Assembly (NCBI GenBank): GCA_019058315.1
Contig: JAHPZH010000002.1
Location: 973,910 to 1,037,909 of the forward strand
Direction: 5' to 3'
Source: Candidatus Helarchaeota archaeon
GTDB lineage: Archaea; Asgardarchaeota; Lokiarchaeia; Helarchaeales; RDOG01
Length of the DNA: 64,000 nt
Made by a program: the position numbers and the translations under genes. The notes beneath the pieces were generated by a model that searched no databases, was not told where the DNA came from, and saw only the letters and a program-made list of their open reading frames with translations. This document shows positions 28,901-43,900 of this stretch, one piece after another; position 1 is the stretch's first letter, and every line of letters starts with the position of its first letter.

Positions 28901-31900
28901 TTGTTAACCCAAATTCGGAGTTTATTTGTTTTTCCATCTTTTATATATTCATTAAAAGTAATGTCATTTACATGCCCCTCAAATAATACAGTATCTTGCA
29001 AACCGTGAAATTCCTTCCACATGTCAATTATTTTTACATGCATTAATGGTTCTTCCATATTAGGAGGTAGATTATAATTAACATTAAGTATGCTTAACTC
29101 CTCTAGAACTCCATAAGTCTGCGGGATAAATCTAAATTCTATAGATCTTCCGGGAGCAACTCTTTTCTTAAAGTCTATATCTATAATAAGACTATTCAGA
29201 TAGAATTCTTGCCTTATTAGATTAAGAAGTACCCAAATTTCATCAGATTGTAGGTGCATTAAGATATGTGGATCATCATCTATATAACCACTGAAGCCCG
29301 TTAACCAAAACAAACTAGACCAATCAAAAACAAAATGAGCCCCAATAGGAATACCAGCACCGTCAATATCTGGTATAAAGCTTACCAATCTTCCATCAAC
29401 CCAAATTCCACCTTTTAACCAAGCACCTCCAAACCCAAACTCGGGTGGACATCCACCAGATATAATCATGCTGTTAATCTTACCACCAGGCATTATGGGA
29501 ACTTCTACAGATTCATGTCCAATAGTTTCAGTATATGGAAATTCGCCACAGTAATAATAATACCATATATTCATGATTCCATGATGAATAGAGACAGTCC
29601 ATGAGAATGATGGCTCATATGCAGCTTGAGGACCGAATATTTGGTAGTGGTATGAATGACCATTTACATATAATCCCGTATAAGATTCTTTTTTACCATC
29701 TTGATCTCTATCAGGAGCATAAAGGTCGAATGGTGTAAATTCTACAAAACTTCCTTGTTCTGAGAATATGGGATAATAATATTCTTTCATTTCATTTATA
29801 TTTTGATAGAAAATCTCTCCTGGAATATCTAATACAGTATCAATTCCAAACATATCTGGTGATGTCTCTCGTGGTGTACCTTTGGGATGAGAAATATGAG
29901 TAAATGGACGATTACCAGTAAAAATAAATGATCCATAACTTTCGAGATATATTTCTAATAATGAAGCCTGAGCAAAGAAATGAATCCTGTCCTCATAACT
30001 ACCAGATAGAGAGCTCTGATAATCATTATAACGACGTGCATATATGTCTGGATAAAGATCCGAAACTTGTATTATTATTCCATTATATTCAGAAGTCATC
30101 GGTGTAAATGGTCTTCCTCCAATTCCACCCAGAGACCAAACACAAGTAAATATGTCTCTATACATATAGTCTGCAGTTACATTATATCCTCCAATGATAT
30201 GGATTTGATTTGTCATTAATAATGCTGTTGATGTATAGATAGCATGTTCCTTCATAATCATTTCAGAAGCATAATAGGAACTATCGGAATACCATTGATA
30301 AGTAGGATCATAAGCAATTAGTTTAAACCTGCCAGAAGGTAAATTTGTAATATAAATTGGAGAGGTCAAACCATTCCTTGGCGAAAGGCTTTCAATGCAA
30401 AACCTAAACCAATTTCCTGGCTGATGCTCTCCTTCTGCATCGGTCCATGGTATTTCTGATATTTTAATTAAAAAAGTATGTATTTCTCTTTCCAAAAGTA
30501 ACGTATATGTAGCCGTACAAGTTAAATCGGTTGCAATATTGAGTGTGTTATATTCTATTTCTTCCCCATCAACCCATAAAGATACAGGATTTTTCTTGGT
30601 TTGGATAGTAAATGTATACTCATCTGTTGAAGTGATTAGTAGATTGGTGAAGTAATATTTGTTATAGTTTATTTTTAATTCATCAGCAGCATAATGATAG
30701 CCGGATATAGTGACATAATCCATTTCTGAACGAATTATTGGATTATACCATCCATTCATCATTTCAGTTTGTGCATATCGTCCATTTTGGCTTAAGTGGT
30801 TTAAATTAAAATTATAACTAAAAGGTTCATCACTTATATCATCACCGTCTATGTCTCCAAATTTATGGGGTTCAGTGGGTGATACACGCCAATCAATAAC
30901 ATAATTATTTCTCGCATCCGTTCTATAATCTATTCTAATAATTACTGCTTTTGACGGTGCTTTTTTAAATTCTATGATTCCTAATGACTCAAATACATCA
31001 TATGATGAGGGATCTTGTTTTAAATCATCGAAATAGACACCATCTTTATCATTATCCCATGTTAATATTGGAGTATATTTAAGTTGGAATACAGCATTAA
31101 TTCCATCATTACCATATATTCGCTCTTTTTCAATTCTTTCAGGATTAAAAGCTATTGGTCTTTCTAAAAATTTATTAAAATAGAATGTAGTAAGCCCGAA
31201 GCTAGTTAAAGGTTCACTATAAGGTGCGTATTCACGGTATATTAAGTCGAAATATCCATCCACACCTGTCGATTGATATGAATTTAAATATATATTTCCG
31301 TAATAATATGGTTTCTCTACACTATTCTCTTTACACATCTGATCCACATAATATGGCAAAAATACATTGACAAAATTCCATGATTCTATATCTGTTTCCA
31401 ATGGAATTTCCCAATCAATGATTGAAGACTCAAAACTCTCCGCACTTGTGAACCAAATGGTTCCGAGCAATGTTGAAGCATCAAAACCATATAGATCGAC
31501 ACCTAAAGCGAGGGGTGGGGTTTTTATTCGTTCTATATAAATTAAATACTCACCATCAAGGAGATTCCAATGATCACCATCATGGAATTGAGAATTTGAA
31601 AAGCCATTTAATTCAGGATCGTATGCTATCATTATAGTTTCATTGGGTGGACCATACAATTCAATTATATTTGTACTTCCTATTAAAAGTTCAGAACTTG
31701 GAATGTCAATTGAACACCAATACCATTGATTATTTAAAACTTTGACTTTGAACTCATAATTATTTACTCTACCTTGAATTCTAGGTGATGTAGAATAGAT
31801 TAAAGCTTTAAGAGAAATAGAATTATATTTTAAATCCTCTGGATTATTACCAATTATTATTGACTTTTGCAATTTCTCGTCAGTTATCAACTCCAAATAG

Positions 31901-34900
31901 AAATCAAACTCCCCATTAATTTCCGTAGCTCCTGTTTCCCATGCTATATATGAATAAAATCGTTCCTTATCTTTATAAATTATCCCCATATAAAATGGAT
32001 CAAAATTTTGCGATGTTATACCTATACTGTTCAATCTAGCTTTTCTAAAATTGATTATAAAAATTGTCCCATCAGAATAAATATTTAAAAATTCAATTTC
32101 TGCATCTCCATTTTCATTAATTGTCACTAAATAATCTTGATTATAATTGAGTTCAACACCATCAATCATAACATTATCAATTTCGGAACTCCACTCCAAT
32201 ACTGGATAAGATGCAAAAATATATTTACTAGTTCCCATTTGATATGTTATAGATGTACTTTGGGAATTAAATCCATAAAATAAATCGGTTGGATTTATCT
32301 CTAGAGTGTATTCTTTCCCTATATTTTCCTCAACAGTCATAGGATAGGATATTCCATTAATTGTTAAGATAATGTCTTCAACAGTGCTATTGATATTAAA
32401 GTGTAAATATGCCTTTTCTACGACTTCATGATTTAATATTTCAATATTTGACGCAATTTCTTTTGTTGCGATACCATTTGTGTAATATCTATAATTACTA
32501 TAAAGATTAAAACCTTCAATAGGATGGAATAATTGTATAATTCCCCTACCATCTATATCATAAACGACTTCAAAGTCTACATCTTCAATTAGTCTGTCAT
32601 AATCTGAATAAAGATTGTCGATTTCATCATCCCAATCTACAATTGGATATTCTAATAACTCATATTCTCGATCAATTTCAAGAGTTTCAATATCGAGTTC
32701 ATTATTATATACCCTATAATGGAAGGTTAAATCATGACCACCCGATCCCAAATTATTTACCCAACTTTCAGCATCTTGAGTTAATATTATTTGAAGTTCT
32801 TCGTTTATTTCATTAATTTGTACTGTATAATCAGTTCCATATTCTAATATCTGTTCATTAGATGATCCTTCATTATCAATTACTGTGTCAATTATAGGGT
32901 CCCATACCACAGCAGGAGAATAGATTAAATCATATATGAAAACTCCAACGATAAAAGTCTGGGTTTCTATACGATCCTCGGATACCCTATAAGTAGCTTG
33001 AATTTCACCATCGAAGTAATTAAGTAGTTTAATTACAGCTCTTGAGTCAGGAAGGATATAAATTTCAAAGTCGATTCCTAATTGAAGCGGATTTCCATCA
33101 AGTAATACCGAATCAATACTATCATCCCATGGCAATATAGGGTATTGATCTAATGCAATTTCCCAGCTTGAGGGATCATAACCTAAATTTTCATCCTTTA
33201 TACTTAAAGTATTATTTATTATGTAATAGCTTTTATACTGGCTTTCTTCATATCCATAAAAGTAGTTATATTTCACCTTTTCTGCAAAGAGTCTCGTATC
33301 TTCAATATTTTCGATACCAGATGATGTTAATTCTATTTCAGCTAATTTTATTCCTGTCAAGAAATTAGGAGGTATTGCATCCTCTATCTCTTCTATTTCT
33401 TCTCCTGAAATAAGGAATACCCCAGTTTTATTTACAATAACCAGATCAATTCTTTTAAATCCAACTGTAGGTAGTGGGGTCTCTATCGTTCCATAATTAA
33501 ATTCTGTAGTATGGATGTAGCGTCTATCACTATTTGGGAACTCAATATAACCGTTATTTATTAATAATTGAGTAGCAGTTACTGTTTCGACTTCTAGTTC
33601 ATCATCTCGAGTCGGATCATCAACGATAGATCCTACCCTTGCCCAGTCTGAAAATTCACCTGGCCATTCTGAGCTCTCGGTAGAATCTGCAGGGTCTTTT
33701 ATGATTTCTGTTGGTTTCCAGAACCATTTTAATGATGGATTGTCTTCAATAAATAATGGGGAGATTGGATATGTTACCATAGAATCTATTATTCCAGAAT
33801 ATAAACCTTCAATAACTTCAGAATCACTTTGGATAAATGATCCTGTAGTCTCAAAATCTTCAATTAATTTATGTAATGGAATTTTTTGATTAAAATTCAC
33901 TGTTGGAAATTTAACAGTCGTATCATAGTTCAAGCAATTTCCAAACCAGAGCCTTAAGACATAACTAAAACTATCACCCTTTTGCACTATGGGATGGTCT
34001 TTACAGAATAAAATTTTGGTATTGTTAGCGTTTTCAAGCGTTCCCAAATGAGTTATTGAGATATCATCATAAGATGTCTTATATTCTCCTTCGATTTTAA
34101 CTTGTCCCAAATAATTACAATAATTCTGGAACCAAGTTGGGTCTAGACTGAATAATGTTGAATCATATGTATTTCCATTGATAGTTGCTGTCCATGAATC
34201 TTCTTCGATATTTAAGTCAATTTCTAAGTTATATGGTAAAGTTGCAGAACTTTCTATGAATACTTGCCTCTCTTCTATTATTCCATCTTTTGCTATCACG
34301 AATTTATAATATATATCATAACCACATGCTCCATCTGCTACTGCCTTAATATAAAATTTGAAGTAGTTATTTTCATCAAAATAATAAGGATAAAAATTGG
34401 CTAATTCGTATAATTCGCCCGCGGGAGGAACCCACGCACTACCCGTATCTAACTCTTCTATGACGAGTTTCAAATTGTAACCTTTATGCCAACTCCTTTT
34501 AGTAATTAGATTTTGCTCACCCGTTAATATTAATTTTTCATCCTCAAATGAAGGAGTACCTCCCCCGTCAATATAATCCCAATCCGATAACTCGTCTACA
34601 TTTTCGATATTAGTAAAGAACTCATAGAATTCTTTTGTGCCCTGAATTAAATCAAGACTGTCAATAGCTCCAGATAATAATTGAGCTCCCATTCCAAGAC
34701 CATTATCATTAAATATAGCTACCCAATCACTACCCTCTTGATATGTATCAAATAACATTGAAGAAGTTAAGTTGAATGGAATTGTCTTGACATCGTAACC
34801 AGTTTCTTCAGAATTCCATGTCATTGTTCTTTTAAGTTCAGTCATACCCCCAGAATAAAACATTGTATTATCTTCGATATCCCAATTCTTACCACTTCCT

Positions 34901-37900
34901 TTTGATTCGGTTATGACATAATCCTCACCCTCGGATATTATTTGAGTATCTGGAATTATATCATAAGAATTGATAGGATATGAGACGATTTCTGACATTG
35001 TATACTCCATATTATCTGAATTTTTACCAAGATCGCTTGCATATTCCGGCATACCATGTGTATATATTCTATGGAGTATCTCACCATTTAGATCAGTTAT
35101 TGTTACATTATCAATATACATTATCAATTTTCCATAATCATGTTCCAAAGCTACCTCAAAACAGGATGTTGTTTTTGTTTCGAAATTAGATAAGTCGATC
35201 CTCCGATGATACCATTTATTCCCAAAAAGATCAGTCTGGGGTGAAGCACTTATTCCATTCTGATCAACTGCATTTCCAGAACTCATCCATGTAGCATCAG
35301 TGAAATATATATCTACTGCTGCTTGACATGGGGTAAATAGGTAATCGGGAATTATTTTTATATCATATTCCAGAAAATTATCTGATTGTATCGTAATTGT
35401 TTGTTGGCTAATATCTGGGTACCAATAAGAATCTACACTTGGATCTAGGGCTTGGGCGGTAAATTTAATATGGTCGGGTCCATTATTGGAACTCTCAAAA
35501 TTCACTTCTCCGTATAAAATTTTATATATAAAAGCAAGTCCCATTGACTCACCTTGAGAAAATTCCACACTGTCGGATTGAACTTCTACAATTTTTGATA
35601 AGTCAGATTCCTCAAATGGCGCATTTGATACAATCCAAGATCCAGATTTATAGCGATAATCCACTTGGCTATTAAATAGGAATGGGGTATCGACACCAAA
35701 ACTTTTTAACAAGATTTCCCATTGAATCCAGCTTTTTATAGTTCCTTGAAGGATAATGAATTTATCTTGCGAGTACCATGAACTCCACTCAATATCTCCT
35801 AGTTCAGCAATACTGTCTGCGGTCTTATATCTAAACTCGATTTCTGTATTAGGTGTATTTTGATCTATTTTGGTAATAGCTGCAAAATCAATTTTTTCAC
35901 CCAGATATATCGGTTCCGTAGTTATGTTACCAGTTGGATAATACGCATCTATATGAACCGGATATAGACATATCCATGAATAATAGTTTGAAGTATAACT
36001 TTTTTTCGGCACCCGTCCATCTGAATAAAATCTAAAAGCTACCCTCTTCTCACCGCTATAACTGGAAACGTCTATATTGGCATAACCATAATCGAACTCA
36101 ATATAATTAGTCCAGTAGTTATGTATTTGCTCGACTGGTATCTCTGTGGTTATGTCTAGGTTCGTCCCAGGATCGTAAATGTATAATTCTAAATATAAAT
36201 CAATGTATCCCGTCCCCCTCGATGTGTAATTCATACTCCAGAGAAAATTTATTGAACCCGCACCAGTCAGATCTACGTCTTGGTATATAATATGCTCGAA
36301 AGTTCCAAGTTTAGCTTCGTTTTTAGAACTTAACACTTCATGAAAATTAACCGCATTATTGGTATGAATTATTTCACCTATATGACTTCCACCACTGCCG
36401 CTAGTTCTTGTCATTTGGGCTTTTTCACAAATCCAATAATCGGTATCCCACTCCCACTCCGTTAATGGATCGTCTGGATTTAAATCGTAAATTCCCTCAT
36501 TACCAGCATGATATAATCTTGTATCTGTAGAAAAATCGTAATCGGGTAAAATATCATCATTTGTATATTCTTTAAGTTGCCAATGCTCATCTATTACATC
36601 TCCGGTTGGATAATACACATCTATATTAACTGGATTCAAATATATATATGCAAAAAAGCCCCTTGTGTTGAGCATATCATCTGTTACCCACCCACTCGTA
36701 TAAAATCTAAAAGTGACTCTTTTTGTCCCTTCATAATTAGAAATATCTACATTGAGATACCCTTGATCAACTTGATTTGCAGTCCAGTGCTTATGTATTT
36801 GTTCTACTGGTGATATTGTATTTATATCATCTTCGGGCTCATGGATATATAGTTCTAAATTTAAATCACACCATGTTGATCCATCAACTTCATATTTCAT
36901 ACCCCAGAGAAAACTTATTGTGTCTGCACCCGTTAAATCTACGTCTTGGTATATAATATGTTCAAAAGTTGAACTTTTGCTACTACCACCCTTATTAGTG
37001 GTGTGATCCGAAAATTCTACTGCGTTATTAGCATGGGTTATTTCTCCTACATGATGTCCCCCACTACCACTAGTTCTTGTCATTTGAGCTTTTTCACAAA
37101 TCCAATTCGAATACCAATCCCCCGTAAAATCATCAAGGATGACATATTCTAAATTACTATCATGTAATAAGTGGGTATTGGTAGAAAAATCATAGTCGGG
37201 TAGTACCGTATCATAAGGATATTTTTCATACTCTAAATCTTCCTCGATAATTTCTATTGTATCAACTATTGTATGATCTATTGTATAATCGGTTAAATCT
37301 AAAACTTGTCTACTATCATAATAATCAGATTGTCTAAACATTACTAGACCTTTAGCCATTTTATTATTTACCCATCTATATTTCGCAGAAACCTTAGAAT
37401 TAAGTGGTGCGGGAGCTGAAAGTGTGACAATGCTTGTATCTAGATTAACACTATAACCCGTCTGTTCTACATCCCCAGATCCGGTATCAATATAAATATG
37501 ATCATTACTACCCCATGCTATTGGCAAATGAGATAATTGATATGTATCTGTCAGACCATCCGCACTTTCATCTAAAACTTCGTATTCATTAATAATTGCA
37601 AATGGTTCTTGTGAAAACCACCAGTATTGGGAATATCCATTCTTGACGGGAGAGAAGAATGTGCTTTGGCTCGAAAATGAACTGTTAAGTTGTATAAAAT
37701 CTATATATAATCTTATTTTTTCGGTCGTAGCTTTTGCAGCTATTAATTTTATTTTTAAAGTGTTTGATCCATCTATATAATCTTGTAAGTTTTCAATTTC
37801 AAATGGTTCGGTCAAGGAAAGTATATTAGAATCACCTTGTTCTATTATATCCCAATTTGTGGTAAGGGGATTATATATAGCAATCCATGTTTGCGGTATA

Positions 37901-40900
37901 TATGAATTGCATATACCATATATATCCAAGTAACTAGTCTCAGCTTGGGAAATATCTGATAATGGACTTGGATCGACAATTTCAAATTCGAAATCGACTT
38001 CGATATATTCAAACCCAGTATATGGTGAATTGTGAACACTCTCTATTTTGAGGAATTTTCCATCCATATCAAATAATGTGGATAATCCTTCAATATTCTC
38101 GTAGACTGAGCTTCCAAGTAGGATGTTAAAGTCATTCGGTTTATAAGTGGTAAAATTTGTAAGTGGGAACGTGAGTACAATCTCATTTTCGTCATACTGC
38201 ATATATCTTGTAATATTTATATTACCGAACACAGTATCTATCACATATATATCTTCTACTAATAATAATTCACTCCACATTTTTTGAACTATTTTAATAT
38301 TATCGCCCTCTGTCATATTTGCAGTTAATTTTGTGATATGAAAATCTCTTGGTCCAACTATATTATTGGTATAAAAATTGTTCTCAAATTGACCGAATTC
38401 AATTTGATCAATTTTAATTCGTTGACTTATGGCAGTAAGCATGAAAGCTGTAATATCGCCATATTCCCGAAGGTCTATTATATGTTCACCTTCTCCCCCA
38501 TCAACAAATATCGGCTGCAAAAATCCATAATTAACTGCAATATTTATCATTAATTGACCACCCGAACCCGCAGCACACACAATTTTAATTTTGTTATAAC
38601 CCTCTTCGATTAAATTACCAGTATATGTGAGTGTATAATATGCAATATTTAATATACCATCTGTTATATCGGTAGGATCTGTATTAATAACAAGAATCGG
38701 AGCCCCACCCCCACCGGATAATTCCTCATATGTCCACGAATTGTCTAATTCTTCCCATGATCTAAATTCTTCAACATCTGGAGAGTCTGGTATAATAGTA
38801 GAATTCAAGCTGAATAAAGCATCGAAACCATCCATGACTGTCCCATTTAATGACCAAATGTTAAATCCAAGACTTTGAGTATTCCATGAATAGCCCTCTA
38901 TTGATGAATCTTCAATATTATATGGTATGCTGATTTGAGATCTTGGTGAAAACGTTAAAAAGTCAAAATTGGCAATAGCTAATTCATATGATGGAGTCTG
39001 TAGTGGAGTATGAGTTGGTGATGGATGGCTTACTTCTTCGAGTCTAATGCTTCTGCAAATTAGTAACACATCAGTTATTACAGTTGCATTAATAGTAAAG
39101 GCTTCGTTTCTTTTGTTAAATACATCAATGGCTGAAAGCAAATCATATTCGAAACTCTTTACACCAATTTCATCATCCGCTATTTGAATATTCCATACAT
39201 AATCGTATAGGTCAAAATCATAAGATATTTGACTCTTAGGACCCCATACGAAATTGATAAGTATGTCATTTAATACAAAACCTATTGAAGGTATTGTGTT
39301 ATAATTAATTCGTTCAATTGTAAAACGAACCACGGGATTAGAATTGATATTGATATTGACTTCATCAGTTGAATTGACTATAAAAAATTCACTTGAATAA
39401 GCAGGACCAGTTTCTAGATTCATACAATATTGTCCTTCCAGACCATCATTTTCTAATCTATAGATTCCATCTCCATCTCTTACTTTCCATCCAAATTTAT
39501 ACATTCCAATTCGATCAATATAAAAATGTTTCACTCCCGTAAAATGACTAACTTCCGGACTAACATCTCGAGCTTTTATTCTAATAGAAGTCTTTAAAAT
39601 TGTCTTTGGTTCATCAATTCCATTTTGTTTAAACAAATCAAAAAGATTCAAATTATAATTTAACCATTCACCAGATTCTGTAAGGCTAATTGTAGATGTT
39701 AATGTAGTTGTAATATCATATTGTATATTTGAAATAACTCCATCTTCATCTGAAATTTCAAATATAATATATATTAGAAAATTAGGCATTTGAGAATCAG
39801 GAAATTCAGGTTCGGTAAATATCCCCGTAGGCAGTTTCGCCCTCATATGGAAAACCATATCTTCTTCAATTGCCAAATTAAAATCCCTATAAAGTGTAAG
39901 CCATGCACCCGCGTCAAAGTCGCCATAAAAGTCTAATATACCAGTATTTACACCATCTTTAGTAACAGTCTTATCATAAGATGTCATTATCAAGCTACTA
40001 TCAAATTCCCAAGATGGGTCAATATCTTTAAAATCATCCAACCAGTAATAATGTCTATTTATATCCTGCTCAAAATCATCCAAAATAATGCTATTACTAA
40101 GTTTTCTATATGGCATATAAAATCCAGTTAGACATGTTGGATGAATCAACATAACATCACTATCCCAGTCTGATGTATATGCGGAATGAGCACTATGGTC
40201 AGTCACAGCAAATCTATATTCTAATTGAGCATTATCTGGCAGATCTGAAATTTCAATAAGGTATGTACCGATTACATTTTCAAAAGCCGAACTAATTTTA
40301 GATCCTTCATTAATATTCTTTGAAGTATAGATTAAATTCATTTCAGCATTATATATTCCTTGATCTGGGTAAGAACCTTGATAATCATCAACAGGAACCC
40401 AATTCCCGTTTTCATTACATACGTATAAAGTCCCGTTTACTGTTACTTTATATTCGAGGTTCACTGTAACTAATTCGAGACAGTCATCTGCCAGCTCGAC
40501 TGAAAATTCCATACCACCATTCGCTGTAGCAAGCCCTCTTGTATTAATCACTTTCGGATGTCTCAAATCGATTTGTAATACAATCGAAGTTATTCCTATA
40601 TGCCCCGATTTATCAATAGCTGCGATAGTAATTACTTGGTCAGATCCTTCAAATAATTCCAATAATTCAAAATTTAGATCAGTTATAGATCCAAGGATTA
40701 TGTCATTATAATAGATTTTATAGGTTTCAATTTCGTTGAGATAATTTTCGACATAACTCCAAGAAAACTGATCAATATTTTCATATTGTAAAATAAGGTC
40801 TGTTATCAATAATTGCCCAACATTAGAATTAGGTTTTAAATCTTCATTGAATTTAATAATATTTGCGATATATGCAAAGACCTTCTCCATAGGTGCATAA

Positions 40901-43900
40901 TTAGGATTTATTATTTGAACTTCTCCTACATCAGAAATCGTTGCTATCTCGATTCCTTCATATTCGATACTGAAATATCTATTCTTATAGATAATTATGA
41001 TTTCATAACTGTTTAAAATATCATGTATCTGTTCCTCTAGAATAGGATCTTGTGATCCCTCAGGTGTATACCATTGCCAATTTCTAAATTGTGCATTTAT
41101 CTCTACAATTGGTGCTGTAGTATCAGCCACACCGGTGACTTGTATAGTCGCCTCATTACCCGCTTTATCGTGAGTTTTAATAATTATTGTAATTGTATTT
41201 CCATCAGTGCTAGGGATTGGTAGATCTTTATAGTAATTGTTAGTTGTGGTAAACTCGTACATATTTGTACCATCATCAAATATGATAGTGTAATAATCCA
41301 AGTTAATTTCGGTACATTGCCAAATGATATCTATATAATAGTCCCAATAATCACCAGAATCAAATGTTATATCTGATACAGCATCAGCATGAGTATCGTA
41401 GTGGATGTTAGTAATTGAATGAGTTTGTGGTGGTGCGGAATCAGAATAGAGAGTTACAATAATTTCATAATTACCATCTGGCATTCCAAGAATGGAGTGA
41501 GTAGAATCGGTTAATTTTTCGCTTGTATATACAATTTGTGAAGTATCTAAATTAAGTAGGCTTACTATGAAATAATCTAACTGATAAATACCTTCTTCAT
41601 ATATCCATTCTATATCTAGGTTATTTACAAAGTTATTTTCTAATAGATTTGTTATAAGTATAGTAGGCAGTTCAGGTTGGAAATTATATATTAGATAATC
41701 TGAACCGGTATTCCCAGCGAGGTCGACAGCTGTTAAAGTAATTACATGTATTCCCTCAACTAAATTTAAGTCGTAATTATAAATACCCTCTAATATCTCT
41801 ACTGGCTCATTATCATCTATTGCTAAAAAATAATTTCCAATCCCACCCTCGTCGTAACTTGACCAACCAAGGCTAAGTATGTGCTGATTAGTACACAAAA
41901 ACCCATTGTTTATTGGAGAATCGATCTGAATGGTCGGGGATTCAAGATCTACAACAATATTCCTTGTAACTTCCTTGATATTGCCAGCCATATCAGCAAC
42001 TAGTATTTTTATCTCGGTTGAATCTTTACTTAATTCAACCTCGTAACTGGCAGTCTGAGAAGAGCTTGTAGTAAAAGTGCCTTGAAGCTGACCATCTATT
42101 AATACTTGACAAATATAAGTTTCTTCCAAATCTGGAATTTCCGAGTATAAAGCTTGCTCAATGAAGTCCCATTTCACAACGTAATTTGTAGATCCGATTC
42201 GTTCTCCTTCTAGTGGTAGTATATTAACCAGCTCAGGTTCACCTACGTCTACAAATATATCAAAATCATAAGTATCCGAATTTCCGACAAGATCGTAGAT
42301 ATCGAGTTTCATTGTATGATGACCTTGAACAGTTTCATCATATGGCAAAACACAAGGTTGTTCATAAAATATTCCAGATTGATAATAATATGTATAATAG
42401 ATTGAAATATCAAAGAGATACGGCGTATCAAGATCATTGAGATTAGTATATAATATAATCGCGACTTGAATCCAATCTTTCACTAAATTATCGGGTATAG
42501 TCTGTTGTTCACTCGATTCTAAATTAATCCAAGCATTTCCTAATAATTCTGTTTCTGAATCCGCAGTTCTATATGCCATATTTATTGATGTGTCTGTGGG
42601 GGCATATCCCGTTCTGTAAAATTCAATTGAGTCTACATTTTCATGAAGGTTAATTGGTTGTAATGTTAAATATCCATATTCATGTAATCGCTCTATTTTT
42701 ATCGGATAGAGTGTTACTTGAATGCTGTTTACACCGTTACCACTATCAGCCTCGTTATTGAGACGAACTATAAACCTTAATTCCTTCATTCCAGTATATG
42801 TGGTGGTGTCAATTATCACAGTGTCACTTATTATTTCATCAAGACCGAGCAAATTATAATATTCTTCATACCATACCAATTCATTTTCTATGTAAAATTC
42901 TATCTCTGCAGATTGTGAATTATATAAATCCAGTTCAGTACAAATTTCCCAATTAAATGACATTAAATCTGCATTGGTAAAATTTGCATACTGATATGTC
43001 TCATGTAATAACCTCCCTTGTACACTATCACTACCACTTGTACTTGAGGAACGACTAAAAATTTGTCTATATGTTCCGTCGGGAACCGAGTGTGAACCGC
43101 TATGCACAACACCAGCCGTATGTGCTCCCGACCCCCAAATATTAGAAGACATAGCCGCGATTTGGTTTAACCAGTCTGATTCATAAGTTCCAGTTAATTC
43201 ACCTCCAAAATCTCCTTGATAATCAGTCCTAGCTAAATTTACTACTGATGACCAATCATAATCAAGTAATGCTTTTTCATACTCATATTCATCCATAGGA
43301 ACTTCCCAATGACCTCCACTCTTAACCATATTTTGTAAAGTATACAGACTTGGATCACTCAGAGTGTTAATTTCGATAGTATCTTCATAATCTTCTTTAT
43401 ACCAATCCGTTAACATGAAATATGCCAAATTAAGCTCAGAATAATCAAATCTGACACTACATTCCTCATCAACGAATATTAATTTTGTAACAGCAGGATA
43501 TTTCCCATTCACGAAAACTGAATCCTTGTAAATGATTGGGGGTGTCGTATCAACATTTAAAGACAAAGCTACTTCTCTATAATTACCACTCTCATCCACC
43601 ACTATAAAATTAAGATCATTAATCCCCTCATTTAAAACGAAGTTGAATGTATATGAATTTCCTATTGGATTTTCAATAACTATATCAACAATTCCTTGTA
43701 CAAGGCTAATTATTCTTGCTATTTTATTCAAATCGCTAAAACCTACCTCTACCGCAACTACCTCCGTATTAATTAATGAAGAGATTGGTGTAGGATCAAT
43801 ATTTAAAATGTTGATTTCAGGGGGTGTATTATCAATTATTATTTCTACATATTTTGAGACTAATGTGTTTAAGTGATCTTTCAACTCTATATAAACCTTG

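Noticed and set aside
35920-37205. Diversity-generating retroelement TR/VR pair
   Set aside because: Differences between the copies are largely synonymous third-position changes and indels, not adenine-specific, and no reverse transcriptase is in the window.
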